Notes under the pieces: generated by a model
What the model was told of the DNA's origin: nothing
Databases searched by the model: none
Seen by the model: only the letters and a program-made list of their open reading frames with translations
NCBI GenBank assembly: GCA_016748015.1
Contig: JAAOMT010000128.1
Coordinates: 1,061,538 to 1,125,537 of the forward strand
Length of the DNA: 64,000 nucleotides
Origin: Geosiphon pyriformis uo1
Taxonomy: Eukaryota > Fungi > Glomeromycota
Direction: 5' to 3'
Position numbers and translations under genes: made by a program
In this document: in pieces, positions 1 through 13,304 of the stretch
How positions within the stretch are numbered: the stretch's first letter is position 1
Layout of the letters: every line of letters begins with the position of its first letter

Positions 1-2871
1 ACCAATATAAAAGTCCTAATTGCAGATTTTAAACCAGAATTATACCAATAATTTGTTATTAGAATTATATCAATTCTATTATGTACTAATAACAAAACAA
101 TTTATATATATATCTTTAATATATTAAACTTCAATATTAATAATCTATCAATTACAGCCACAAATAATTTATTAAACCCAAAAAATTCAAATATTACTTC
201 AATATATTGTGCCAATATCAACTAGAAACCAAAGACCAAGAATTATGCACACCCAACAAAACTGGAAATTAACAATAATAATATATTAATTGATTTTCAG
301 TTTATCAAATTAGCTATTAGAATTATGCCAACAGAGTTCAGAAAGTGAGTACATCTAAAATCTAAATTCCAAAACTATTTAAGTCTATTAGTAATTCCAA
401 AAATTACAATATTTAAATCACTAAAAACCAACTTAATACTACTTATTAACAATATTTCACTAGCAATTATCATAAAAAACAAATTACTAACCACTATTTT
501 TTCATTTGAGTTGAAAGACTAATCAGAAATTTCATTATTCAATGAAGTTATTTTTGATACTAAACCAATTACTGCCATGTATACTAATGTCAAAATTAAT
601 GACCACTCTATTAAACTAATTCTTAATAATAGTTTAACAGACAACATTATTACATAACAACTTATAAATCAAATAGATTGCCAAGTTGATTGTACTGCTA
701 GTATTAGAATTATTACTATTAATAGAGCTTCTAAGACTCTTATTAGTAAAATCAATAACTTTTCTTTTAAAGTCAATGGCATTATCATACTTATTAAAGT
801 TATCATAGAAGCCATATAATATTAAATTTTTATTAGTAATAACTAGCTGTCTAAGACCAATATTATATTTAACTAAAATACCCAAAAGCTATAGTTTGGT
901 CAAAATGGTCAACATATTTAAGTACCAGCTATCTGTGATTACTTTAAAACAATTTTATTCCAATTACTGATAGAATTTAAGAAAAAACAAACAAATCTAT
1001 CTGAAAAGTCTATTAAGTTTTATGGACTAATAATGATTACAATAAGCTATTACCAATCCTCTCTTAGGATAAAAAGAAAAAAAAAAGGAAAACAAGTTTT
1101 AAAACATTACTATCACAAAGAAACATTCAATAATTGGCATGTATCTTATTTATTAACACCAAAAAAAAACCACATTATATCTTACTTATATGTATTGATT
1201 ATAACAAAAAGCTTTTATTTATAAGAGCTTGAATTTTTTTAGAAAAAAACCACAAAACATATATTTGTTATTATTGCAAACCATGCCACAAAAAATGTTT
1301 TAAGTATTTAAAATAACAAAAAAAGTAGAACAACAAACCATGTTTTGCTTGTAAGAAAATCTTATTTAATAAAAAAATATGAAATAATATTCTTGGATAA
1401 AAAAGAATGTGTAATATATTATGTCAATACACAATTTTTATTAACAACTGGATAAGCAAAAAAATATCTTTTAATATTATATGGAACAGAGCTTTTTTAT
1501 GCTTAAATAATTATTTACATAATAAAAACAAGATCTGAAAAATGATAAGTACTAAAGTTAAAGACATTTTATCTAATAAAATATTAGCAATTAAAAACAA
1601 CCCACCAGAATTTGTTAAAACTATTTTCATTCCAAACCCAATATCTTTGTTAATATTTTAAGCAATTCAAAACAATTTTATGAATATTACTAAGATTTAA
1701 CACTTACTTAAAAAGAGCAAAAGCAGTATTTAAAATAATTAAATATTAGACTCTATAAATATTGCCTAATTTTTAATGACTTTGAATATTATAATAATTG
1801 TGATCTCATTTATAATCTACTATCATACATAATTTATTTAATTCCTAAAGAGAAAAAACCAATCAGCAGTTGTACTTCAAAATTAAAATTAAAATTTAAT
1901 TCTAATTTAAACTCTAATAATGATAACAACAATGTTTTTAATTTTGTTTACAATAATAATAACAATAACAATAATTTAAATTTTAATGAAAACTTTAAAC
2001 ATTATATTATGTTTCCAAATCTTTTAAAAAACTAAGAAATTTAAAAAATCTTAATAGAACTCAATATTAAAAGGAGAGAATAATATTATTTATAGAAATT
2101 AAGAATTATAATAAGTAGATAAAATAGCCAATCAAAAATAGATATAGTAAAAAAAAAAATTCCAAAATTTCTCTTAAAGAATTACATGATTCTAGAATTT
2201 TAGAATTCCAGAATTCTTTGCAAAAAAATTAAAAAATTAAAAAAAACCTTATATAACATGAATTATATATATATAATAAAAGTATTAGAAGCAAAAAAAA
2301 CAATTTAGTTTAAAACAACAATACTTTTCTTTTTAAAAAATAGTTTTCTATAACTTAAAATAAAATTATACTTATATCAATAAAATATTTATTATTATCC
2401 AAATCTATATTATTATTACTTAATTAAAAAAATATTAATTATTTCACACTATTAATACTTTATGTTAATAGAATTTAATATTTAACCATATTGTACCAAT
2501 AACTCTTAATTACAATTATTAACAAGATATTAATTTTTTATTTTTTTTTATTTGTTATTTACTAATTAATTAAAAAAATTAAGAACTAAGTAATTGATGT
2601 CAAAAATAGCTTGATAAAAGACTTAAAAACAAGAATAAAAATTTAAAAATAACTTATCAGAAGGGCACAACTGCCAAAATAAACTAGTTATCATACTTAA
2701 GAAAAAAATTCATAGAAGAAACTATCAATTAAATTTCTGTTTATTATACAAAAAACTTAACAAAAATTTTCAAACTCCAAAATTTTCAAAAATTACCAAT
2801 ATTTTCAGCTATTAAGCACCAAGTTATGAATCTGTTATTTGTTCTAATACTCTAAATAATCATTTGTAATA
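1..2871 (+). mobile_element. Heavily degenerate, internally deleted Ty3/Gypsy LTR retrotransposon (gag end, aspartic protease, Cys-rich region, PPT, 3' LTR)
   Basis: About 573-950 translates as AMYTNVKINDHSIKLILNNS...IRIITINRASKTLISKINNFSFKVNG, a retropepsin-like sequence with the D-S-G motif eroded to N-N-S. 1335-1545 is homologous to the Cys-rich pol region at 63568-63960. A purine tract AAAAGGAGAGAATAA precedes an LTR at 2084-2871 that resembles LTR 51645-52503. Confidence 0.8.
2084..2871 (+). repeat. Degenerate 3' LTR
   Basis: TATTAT...TGTAATA ends (eroded TGTTAC...GTAACA); internal blocks match the LTRs at 43-52 kb (GAATTC-rich array, AAGCACCAAGTTATG). Confidence 0.7.
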
Positions 2872-3459
2872 TTGTATATTATCTATTATTATATAATTAA
2901 AACTGTTTAATTAAATTCAAACAAAAAGTAAAATAATCTTAATAATTTGATTTATTAATACAAAAAGTATTCTTTAAAGATTTTTTAAGCACAGATTATT
3001 AAATTTACAAATAATAAATTAAAGTTTTTAGAATTTTTTTTAGTTTTTAGTTGGATTAAAAGTTAATTTTATGAATTATTTTTTAACAAATATGATTAAA
3101 ATATTTTTAAACAATAAAATTTTTTTGGTTGTTAAGATATTTAATGCTTTTTACTTTAAACATAGTATTTTTGTTTTGAATATATTAAATTAATATTTAA
3201 AAAAATAGCTTTAAAATATTTTGTTTAGCTATTTTTATAATAAAAAACATTTTTCTTATTAAAAATTTATTAATTATTATAAAAAAAGTAATATTTACAA
3301 CTTTTTTATTTTTTGTTTTGATTGTAATCATAAAAATAGAAGTATAATAAAAAATTACTTTAAAATTAAGTAATATTATAAAATAATTAAATAAAATATA
3401 TATTAAAATCTAATTTGTTTTGTTTTTATAATTAAAAATAATTATATATTAATCATATA

Positions 3460-5748
3460 AGAAAAATTAAAAACTTTTTGTCTCCTTAATTTTATGACCA
3501 TAACCAGAGCAAAGAGTAAAAAAGCTGCACCTGATATCTGTTCTGAGATATCTAATAAAATTTCAACCAGAGGAGCTCTCTCTGTTGTAGAAGCAACTAG
3601 ACAAAATGTTTTAGAAGCCTTCTTCTTACCCAGTAATCGTGATAAGCTGCTTTTGGTAGCCACTGAAGCAACTTCTTCATCTTTGGCTGGTTTTTTACCA
3701 GTCAAAGTCCTCTCAAAGAGACATCTAAGTTAGTCTCAGTGTTGTCTTCACCCCAACCAAGAGCCCAAAAGTTTTTAATAATAAACCAGTAAATAAGCTG
3801 GTCTTTCCCTTTATAGGTTCAATACCTGGTACTTCTAGCACCACCTCTTCAAAAAAAATGGTCAAAAAAACCAGAAGTTCAGAAAAGTAGAGCAGTCGCT
3901 TGCCTCTGCTATTGTTACACCAAACTCTTTTGTGGTTCCCAATAAAATTTTAGATGAGATCTCTATAGCATTATCCAGCACATTATCCAAGATGGGCCAA
4001 GATCAACCACTGGCTATGTTGTCAAACGTGGTGTCTTCTGACAGATCATTGCTGGTTGTAGAAGCAAAACAATCTCCTCCTGTTGGGTCACCTGTTCTTG
4101 GGAACTAGATTGATTAAATGGAAACTGATTCATCTTTTTTTCTAGTTTCTGGTGCTACTTCTGGTGGTGCTTGGGAAACTATTACTAGTCGTTAAAAGTT
4201 TGCTGGGTGAGTGGCCTCTACTCTGGTGCCTGGTGCTACTTTTAAGATCAAATTGGCTTATGTTAAGACTGTTTTTCAGTTTGTGCATGGTTTCTTGGAT
4301 GCTAAATCTGTTCCAAAAGACAATTTGAAGCTTTTCTGTATGGAGTTTGCTTTTCAACAGTCTTTGGAAGCTGTGTTTTTGGTTGAGCTTACAAGCTCTG
4401 TTTGTTTGACCACTCTCAAAATTGCCAAGTCTTTGGTGGTTTCTGAATCTGGTTCCCCTCCTGCTGCTGTTGTGCTGCGTAATATACCTTTGGGTATGTC
4501 TGCTGCTAATGTTAAGTTGGCTCTCAGTGTATTTGGTAGTATTACTCGTGTTGTGCTGAAGCCTGCTGGCATTTGGCAGTATGTGGTGGTTTATTTTAAA
4601 AAGTTAGACTCTGTTGTGTCTGCCTTAAAGCATTGATCAGTCTTGATGGGCAAGGATAGTGTTAGAATCCTCCTTCTGGTGAATCAAAATGAGACTATTT
4701 TGTCTTGTGATAAGTTTAAGGCCAAATTAGTCAACCTTCCCCCTGGCTGTACTGCCTTTGAAATCAGTAATATGATTTCTCAGATTGGTGGTTGAACATG
4801 TTTCATCTCTCGTTCTCCTGATTCTGGTCATCGTTCCTGGTTTGTTTTGATTACATTTAACTCTCAAGGTGATTTGGATTCTGCTATAGTCAAGACTAGT
4901 ACTCTAAGGAAATGCCATATCTGGTGGGAAACTCCTGGCTGCTGGTGCTGTTTTAGGTGTCAAGAAATGGGCCATCTGGCTGTGGATTGCAAAATTTCCC
5001 CACTTCCTACTCCCAAGATTTCCAAGGTTTTCAAGTCTTATTTTGTGGGTAGTGTTTCTTATGCGAAGGCTTCTGCTTTCCTGGATTCTTCTGAGTTTCC
5101 TCCCTTGGCGGTTTCTATTTCCTCTTCTATGGTTGTTGGTAATTCTTTAATGTCTTTCCGGTTGGCTTCTTTGGAATCTGATTTGGTCAAGCTTTCTACT
5201 TTGGTTAAGTCTATTGTTAAACCAGTTGGTTTCTTGGTCAAATTGTTTGAGCAATTTATTAATGGGGATTTGGTCTCAAGCAGTAAACTTGGCCTTAAAG
5301 TCAATAAAATTATGGTATATATAGGTTCTTTTAGTAAGATTGTTGGTAAGTTGAGAAGGGAAGTAGTTTCTTTAAAAAAAGAATGTTGCATGGAAGATAT
5401 CAATATGTTTGGTAATTCAGAGCATCCAGTTGGTTTGGATGATGAGGTGTTTTCTAATTTGTTGTCCCTTTGGGAACATGAGCCTATTGATGTTAAAGCT
5501 GATGCCTTAAAAACAGCTGAATGGCTGGTTGGATTGGTTTCTTGTAGTGCGACTTTGTTTTTGGTTATTTAAAAGATGTCATTTTTGGGTAAGTTTTCTT
5601 CTGGTGCATCAACATAGTATAGCCTGAACTGGCTCGAGTAACTGGTTATATGTAGAAAATGCATGAACTACATCTAATTTAAGACCTTACATAGTCATAT
5701 TGTATTAGATAGTGGTTGGGTCTTGCTCGTTAAACTCTAATAAAAAAA
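3460..5748 (+). mobile_element. Non-autonomous ORF1-only non-LTR retrotransposon (HAL1-like), pseudogenised
   Basis: Broken ORF1 (3494-5617) with an RRM-like segment and zinc knuckle CFRCQEMGHLAVDC, homologous to LINE ORF1 at 35359-37246. No endonuclease or RT. LINE-type 3' UTR and poly(A). 9-bp TSD AATCATATA at 3451-3459 and 5749-5757. Confidence 0.8.
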
Positions 5749-5831
5749 AATCATATAGCTATTTATTAATTTTAATAAATATATTATTGTTGTTATTTTT
5801 TAATTAAAAAAAGTATTATTAAATTTAAACA

Positions 5832-5860
<29 letters not shown>
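5832..5860 (+). repeat. (AAT)n microsatellite
   Basis: Direct reading of aataataat... tract. Confidence 0.85.
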
Positions 5861-5862
<2 letters not shown>

Positions 5863-6150
5863 TTTTTTAATTAAAATTTTTTTATAATAATTAATATATT
5901 CTATTTTTTGTTATTATAACTTTTACTTAATAATATTAAATGCACTTTTAAAGTGTTTAATTTAATTGTTAATATTAAAGAATTCTGAATTCTTTTTTTT
6001 TGGTTTTAAATAATTGATTGGTTTTTATTATTAAAAAAAATTAATTTCAGAAAGTCTAAATTACAAGCCTTTGTTTAGTGGTGATTTTGTCGTGCAACAT
6101 TAAAGTATCACAATAACATCGAAGTTTTTCTTGGTCAATCTCCAACTTAC

Positions 6151-6241
6151 TGGAACTTTCTTCATCCAATTTAGATGATCGTTTGATTTATATAAGATGC
6201 CATTTCGTTGTGTGATAGAAACTTATGGAAACTTTTCGAAA
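6151..6241 (+). promoter_or_regulatory. Heat-shock elements and TATA-like box upstream of HSP90
   Basis: GAActTTC at 6153-6160; GAA at 6218, 6228 and 6238 with 10-bp period (step-type HSE); TATATAA near 6189. Confidence 0.6.
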
Positions 6242-6398
6242 AGGCCACGACATCCATTTCACCCTTGAAATAAAAGGATCCATCTTGCGCGTTTATTTCC
6301 CACTTCAGTTTTTCTCATAAACTCTACTGAAAATTCTGTTATTAATATCCCAGTTTACATAATACCTCTTACACAAAAACTTAACACCTACCCTCAAA

Positions 6399-8896
6399 AT
6401 GGCCGAAGTAGAAAAGTTCGCCTTCCAAGCTGAGATTTCTCAGCTTATGTCCATTATAATTAACACTTTCTACTCTAATAAAGAGTGAGTATACCGAGTT
6501 TTCTCGCTTTAGCTATTAGTGTTCTTGTACCCTTCACTAATCAATCTTTATTGTACCTCTTGAATTATTCAGAATCTTTCTTCGTGAGTTGATATCCAAC
6601 GCTTCTGATGCCTTGGATAAAATTCGATACGAATCCCTTACAGATCCTTCAAAGTTAGAAACTGGTCGTGAGCTTTATATAAAGATAACACCAGATAAAG
6701 AACATAATATATTGGCAATTCGTGATACTGGGATTGGCATGACAAAGGTATAAATTCATGTAACTGCCATAACCAATTCCATTTATCTTCTTACAAGGCA
6801 TCATCCTTTACTATTACGCGTGTGGATATCTTTTACTTCAATATATAAATCGAAATAACTTGCTATACCTTATAGTTCCTTTAATTATTTCCTACCACTG
6901 TTTTCCCTCGCCAGGATTTTTGAAATATCAATTAATAGATAATACCTCTTTACTTCATAATGTTACAGGCTGATCTTGTCAATAACTTAGGTACTATTGC
7001 TCGTTCAGGGACCAAATCTTTCATGGAGGCCCTTCAATCCGGTGCAGATATTTCCATGATTGGTCAATTCGGTGTAGGTTTCTATTCCGCTTATCTGGTA
7101 GCCGATCGTGTACAAGTGATTACAAAGCATAATGATGACGAGCAGTACATTTGGGAGTCGGCCGCTGGTGGCTCATTCACAATTGCCCGTGATACGAAAA
7201 ACCCTCCACTTGGTCGTGGCAGCGAAATTCGCCTTTACCTCAAAGAAGATCAACTTGAATACCTTGAAGAAAAGAAGATTAAGGAAGTTGTTAAGAAACA
7301 TTCCGAATTCATTGGCTATCCCATCCAACTGGTCGTTGAAAAGGAAGTCGAGAAAGAAGTTGAGGAGGATGAGACCGAAGAGATGAAAATTAAAGAAGAG
7401 GATGAAGAGGAGGATAAAACTTCTAAAATTGAAGAAGTAGAGGATGAAGATGAAAAGAAAGACAAAAAGATGAAAAAAATTAAAGAGAAAACCCTCGAAA
7501 CCGAGGAGCTTAACAAAACAAAGCCTCTTTGGACTCGAAATCCCGACGATATAAAAAATGAGGAATACGCTGCTTTCTACAAATCTCTCACCAACGACTG
7601 GGAAGATCATCTTGCCGTTAAGCATTTCTCCGTTGAAGGTCAACTTGAATTTCGTGCGATTCTCTTCGTTCCTCGTCGTGCTCCATTCGATTTGTTCGAG
7701 ACGAAGAAAAAAAGAAATAACATTAAGCTTTATGTACGCCGAGTATTTATTATGGATGATTGTGAGGATTTGATTCCCGAGTATCTAAACTTTGTTAAAG
7801 GCATAGTTGACTCGGAAGATCTCCCTCTCAACATCTCACGTGAAATGCTTCAACAAAACAAGATTCTCAAGGTTATTCGTAAAAACATTGTCAAAAAATG
7901 TATGGAATTGTTTTCAGAAATTGCCGAAGATAAGGATAACTTCAACAAATTTTATGAAGCTTTTGCCAAAAATATCAAATTGGGTATTCATGAGGATTCT
8001 CAACATCGAGCCAAATTATCCGAATTCCTTCGATATTATTCCACAAAGTCAGGTGAAGAGTTGACCTCGCTTAAGGATTACGTAACACGTATGCCTGAGA
8101 AGCAAAAGGCCATATACTATATAACTGGTGAGAGCCGTCAAGCTGTCGAAGGCTCTCCATTCATCGAAGTATTAAAGAAACGGGGCTACGAAGTCCTATT
8201 AATGACCGACCCTATTGACGAATATGCTGTTTCACAGCTGAAGGAATATGACGGTAAAAAACTTGTTTGCATTACCAAAGAGGGCCTTGAACTCGACGAG
8301 GATGAGGAAGAGAAAAAGAGACGTGAGGAAGAAGAAAAAGCGTTTGAACCTCTATGTAAACAAATAAAAGAAATTCTTGGGGATAAAGTAGAAAAGGTAA
8401 GGCGATTTACATTTTCCTTTTTATCTGTTAAAGAAATTTTGCTCACAATTTTTACGTATAATAGGTGTCTGTTTCAAACCGTATCTCTGAGTCACCATGC
8501 GTTCTCGTAACCGGCCAGTATGGATGGTCAGCCAATTTTGAACGTATCATGAAGGCACAAGCCCTTCGCGATTCTAGTATGGCGTCCTATATGGCATCCA
8601 AAAAGATTATGGAAATTAATCCACATCATGTTATCATCAAAAGTCTCAAAACAAAAATTGAAGCCGACAAGAATGATAAGACAGTAAAAGATCTCATTTG
8701 GTTGTTGTTTGAAACATCACTCCTACAATCTGGTTTCACCCTCGACGAACCAGCTTCATTCGGTGAAAGAATTTTCAAGATGATTAAACTCGGTCTTGAT
8801 CTTGGGGATGATGCAGATACTACCGAGCCAATTGAGGAAGAAGTTCCTCAATTAGAGGAAACTGGCGAAGTTTCTCAAATGGAGGAAGTTGATTAA
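6399..8896 (+). CDS. HSP90: Cytosolic heat shock protein 90 (4 exons: 6399-6484, 6573-6747, 6969-8396, 8465-8896)
   Basis: [62 protein letters not shown]-terminal MEEVD; in-phase GT-AG introns. Confidence 0.98.
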
Positions 8897-9329
8897 AAGA
8901 AATTTTCCAAACTTAATTTGTAAATGGACATTTTAACCTACTATTCTTTTGCTGTTGCTAGTTTAAGGCTGTATAGTATAGGAAGATGAAATCAGGTATA
9001 CAAAAGCAAAGCGGTAGCATTTACTATGATGTATTTAGGATAGAATAATCATAATATGATGTTAATGATGTTAATACTAATAATAGTAGTAAATATAAAG
9101 AGACGCAGCTTATTCGTTTTCTGACTGTTATTATGAAATGATTGGTTCCCAAGGTTTCCAATATTGCCATTGTTGTAAAATACTAAACGTTTGAGTAGCC
9201 ATTTTGGAATACTATCACATAGAGTACCTTATACATATATGTCGTGTGGCCAACAATGCTTTTTTAAATTGTTTAAAAGCAGTAAAGCGTAATTGAATTT
9301 GATGTAAGGCAAATACGTTGGCTAAAAAT

Positions 9330-10581
9330 ATGAGTACCGCTACTATTTCAGAGGCTCCAGTTTTAAAAGAGCAAACGGAAGAGGTTCAAACCTCTTTATT
9401 GCAGGAAGCTCCAAAAAAAGATAAACAAAAACAAAAGAAAGAAAAAGAAAAGGAGAAAAAAGAAAGGAAAGAAAGAGAGAAGAAAGAGAAGAAAGAAAAA
9501 AAAGATAGAAAAGGCACCAAGGACGAAATACAAAGTAAAGTAATTCAAAGTTTACGTTCTTTGAATGGGTGCCCAAATTCACATCCTTGCTGCATTTTGC
9601 TTACCAATTTTCACTTTTAAAGACGGGAAATCCGAGCCAGCATCCCCGATTACATCTATCGTAAATACGGATATTAAAGAAAACGGTGCCTCTTTACCAC
9701 AGATTGACGCTTCAAATTTGCAAACTCCTTCAGCCTCTACATCACCTGTAACACCAGCTTCTGCTTCTACCTTTTCAATTTCTTCTATTCAGAGCACCCT
9801 TCCTTTGACTACAAGTATTAATCAAATTGTTGAGGAAGAAATACAATCGCCCATCGCAATTAGTGAGGTGCCTAGCCCTGAGAAACCGCCTAGTATTGAT
9901 ACCAATTTATCAGCGACATCACGCAGTCTTGAAAGTGCTATTATTGATGCTACTCAAACCAATATCAATGAATCAAATGAGGATCTATTTATTGAGGATA
10001 CATCTTCCGGATGCGAACCAACAATTTCTGAAGTAAAAAAGAATTGGGTAAATGCAATTGGTCAAGTCCGTGGCTTTCTTGTTCGCACTTCAAATACAGT
10101 TGTCGAGAAAATTAATCAGAAGCTTGATGAATTGGATGAGCAACTAATGGAACAATTCAGCGATGAAGAATTTATAGATAGTGAATTGGAAACTCATGAA
10201 CCGTCAGTTGAAGATCCTACAAATCTGGTGACAGAAGATTTACCGCAGCCTGTCGCTTCATCCACACAACAACCTGCTGTTATTGAGGCGCAAAAGCAAC
10301 GTGAAGAATTACTTGAAAACATAGAATCTACCAACGCCATTATTTCTACTCCTCCTCCTTTGCCACCAAAAGATCCAAAATATACTCACCCTCGTCAAGA
10401 ATTAGCTGGTACCCAATCTGTAATGTCTGAGAATATGAATGCTCTCATAGAGCGAGGAGAAAAAATGGACCAGCTGAACGATAAAATGGAAGGAATGAGC
10501 AACGCAAGCTCTGAATTTGCAAGGATTGCAAGAGAAATGGCTAAACGTGAAGCCAATAAAAAATGGTACAATATTTGGTGA
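9330..10581 (+). CDS. Low-complexity protein with C-terminal R-SNARE (synaptobrevin/tomosyn-like) coiled coil, no TM anchor (exons 9330-9534, 9623-10581)
   Basis: VMSENMNALIERGEKMDQLNDKMEGMSNASSEFARIAREMAKREANKKWYNIW; phase-1 GT-AG intron joins the two ORFs. Confidence 0.75.
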
Positions 10582-10941
10582 AAGTTTCTCTATCAGACAA
10601 TGTCAGAATTTTATCATGGAATCAAAACTCGATTTGTTTTTATGTTTTATCTTTTTCTCGATTCATGCGGGGCGTCCGTATATTATGTAGTATATTTAAG
10701 GCATCATGTGGTTTCCCTTTCGCTGTATATTTAGTTTTAAACTTTTGGTGAACGCAATCTGCTATTTTATTCATATCGATAATAAATTTTTACGCATTAT
10801 TCGACAACTATTTGAAGATATGAAATTTTATATTAACAGTGCTTCATTAAATTGTGGATCTGCCAATAGTTTGGAATTCGATTTTGTTGATCATTTGGCA
10901 AGTGTCGTTTAAGCTTTCGGAAAGAAGCTTTTTCTTGATAA

Positions 10942-11822
10942 ATGTCACCTTCCGTACCTCCTCCACCTCCTTCGGTGTTATCTTTCTCGACAGTAGGAGA
11001 GCTTTCAGTAGCTCTTACTGACCTGATAGTGAAACTATCTTCTGAATCAATCGCTGCTCGTGGTCGGTTTACGATAGGTTTGTCTGGTGGTTCTTTACCA
11101 AAACTACTGGCTGCTAACTTGAAAAGTAAAGGCCAAGAGGTGATTGCGTGGGATCAATGGAGAGTATTTTTCTGTGATGAAAGGTCTATATTAAGATTTA
11201 TGTCAAGCTGAATATGTTTTTGACTTGAAGCAAATTCGAATGAATTGCGACATGTCAATAGGGAGAATAATAATCGCTTTTCATGATTAGACTTGTCCCA
11301 TTAGATCATGAGGATTCAAACTACAAATTATGGAAGCAAGAATTATTTTCAAAGGTTTTAATCCCAGATGAGCAAATTTATGCGATAAATGAAGAATTAA
11401 TCGATAACGCGGAAGAAGCTGCAGAGGACTACAAAGATAAATTGATTGAGGTATTTGCCGCGATGAACACGGCAAAATTTCCAGTGTTTGATCTGTTACT
11501 ATTAGGCATGGGTCCTGATGGGCATACTTGCTCATTGTTTCCCGGACATCCGGCCCTTGATGAAACCACAGATTGGGTAGTAGCTGTTGAGGACTCCCCA
11601 AAACCACCGCCACGTCGAATCACCTTTACTTTGCCTGTGGTTAATCATGCACACCATGTCGCATTTGTGGTTACGGGTGAAGGAAAACAAGATATGATGA
11701 AAAAGGTGGTGGAATTGAAGCAACAAGAATACCCAAGTGCTCGTGTTCAACCCGCGCATGGGAAGCTTTATTGGTTTTTGGATGATGCAGCAAGTGCCCA
11801 ATTAAGCTCAGTGGAGAAATAG
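10942..11822 (+). CDS. 6-phosphogluconolactonase (SOL/PGLS family), exons 10942-11183 and 11291-11822
   Basis: GLSGGSLP, FFCDER-LVPLDHEDSNY, LLLGMGPDGHTCSLFPGH, DSPKPPPRRIT motifs. Confidence 0.95.
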
Positions 11823-12283
11823 GTAACAATAGTTATTTTAAATGGCAGGCTCTAATCGCGATTCATTTTATGGTTTTCATTTCTCGTTTCTACTGAAATT
11901 TGTACTAATCATAGCTGTTAATTGAAGCTAGCATTTCTCATAGAAATAACGCGCATACATTTTTGATATTATTTGCCAAAATAAAAAATATCTCGAATCT
12001 TCGCAAATAAGACTTAGCATTGACCCTTAGTTATTTGATCATTATTTCTAGAAAAGTCATCTTAACCATTCCAACATATATGGGAGCTTTTTTAGCACAA
12101 TTTGTAAAAAGAAGATATGAATTTGGATTACGTGAGATAAGTGGTATAATAAACATAGGAACATATCAAAGTCTGCTATTTTCATTTAATAATCAGAAGC
12201 GTAATCCCTATCAAAGTTTCACCCAAAAACGATAGCATAGAATCATCAGATAATCCAGTACGAAAATGATAGCTCGATTTGGT

Positions 12284-13074
12284 TCACACATAAATCGGTT
12301 TTTTTTCTCTTTCGGCCTGTGCTTTTGCCCGTTTTTGGGCCAGGTTTTCGCGATACTCGACCAAATCGATGAGACCAAATCGACGAAACCTGGGATCCGT
12401 TTTGGCTCGTGGAAGCTTATTGTTTTTGTCGAATACGATTCCAATATAATGTCTTTTATCACCGGTTTCTGGTGGATTGTGATAGAATCGAACGTAGCCT
12501 GGTTCTAATGCAAAGAGCGTAAAGTCACGTCCGCAACCTACCTATTGAAAAAATTATGGATCGTATGAATCGTGCCAATTGACAGACATATCCAATATGG
12601 AATGAGTATAATATTAGAATTAAATCGTCAAAGAATTTGAGATCAATTACATGCTCGCCCGGATGAAATTTTGTCCCTCGTTGTCGCACTAGGATCGTAC
12701 CCGTTTTAACATATTCATCTTTTGGTGGTCGATCGTGATAAACCATGTGAAGCATTGGTTACACAAACGGTTTAAATAAAGGTATCCAAACCTAGGTTAA
12801 ATAAAAATACCTGAAAATTTCTTGAGGCCCAATCGTTGCCCAGGGGAGTCTCGACCATTGTGTGACGAGCCCCCTGACTTTTTGGAGGCCCATCTTTGTT
12901 GTTGCAGCTGTAGAGAAACTTTTTTGAAGGAGGTTGCAAAAATTATAAGAATTCAATGGGTTCTTTGCCCCCCAAAATTGTCGGTATGATTTTACCTGTT
13001 TTTGGGAATAAAGCACCATAAAGTGATCGAGAACTTGTAGAAAGTATTAGGATGTTTCTAAATATTGTAGCCAT
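12284..13074 (-). CDS. MRPL27: Mitochondrial ribosomal protein bL27m, multi-exon
   Basis: Spliced translation [71 protein letters not shown]. The start codon is uncertain (13074, giving a presequence-like N-terminus, or 13019). Confidence 0.9.
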
Positions 13075-13304
13075 AGTTGAAGATTTGAAGGATCCAAAAG
13101 TGCTATTTGTAGTCCCTTTGTTTGGCTATTTCAATTATTGGTAAAATACTTTAGTCTCCGGAGATATCTCCGAAAAGAACTGATTTTCCGGATGGGGAAA
13201 ATATTTTATTACGTGATGCAAGATCTGATGCTACAAATTCTTACGAGACTTTAAAATTTTTTTTAAGAAACAGTACTCAATTCTCAAAAACCACGATTAA
13301 AAAA

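Noticed and set aside
7132-8446. Alternative-frame and antisense ORFs in HSP90 (likewise poly-Leu ORF 23477 and others inside genes and TEs)
   Set aside because: Shadow ORFs of low-complexity or codon-biased coding sequence.
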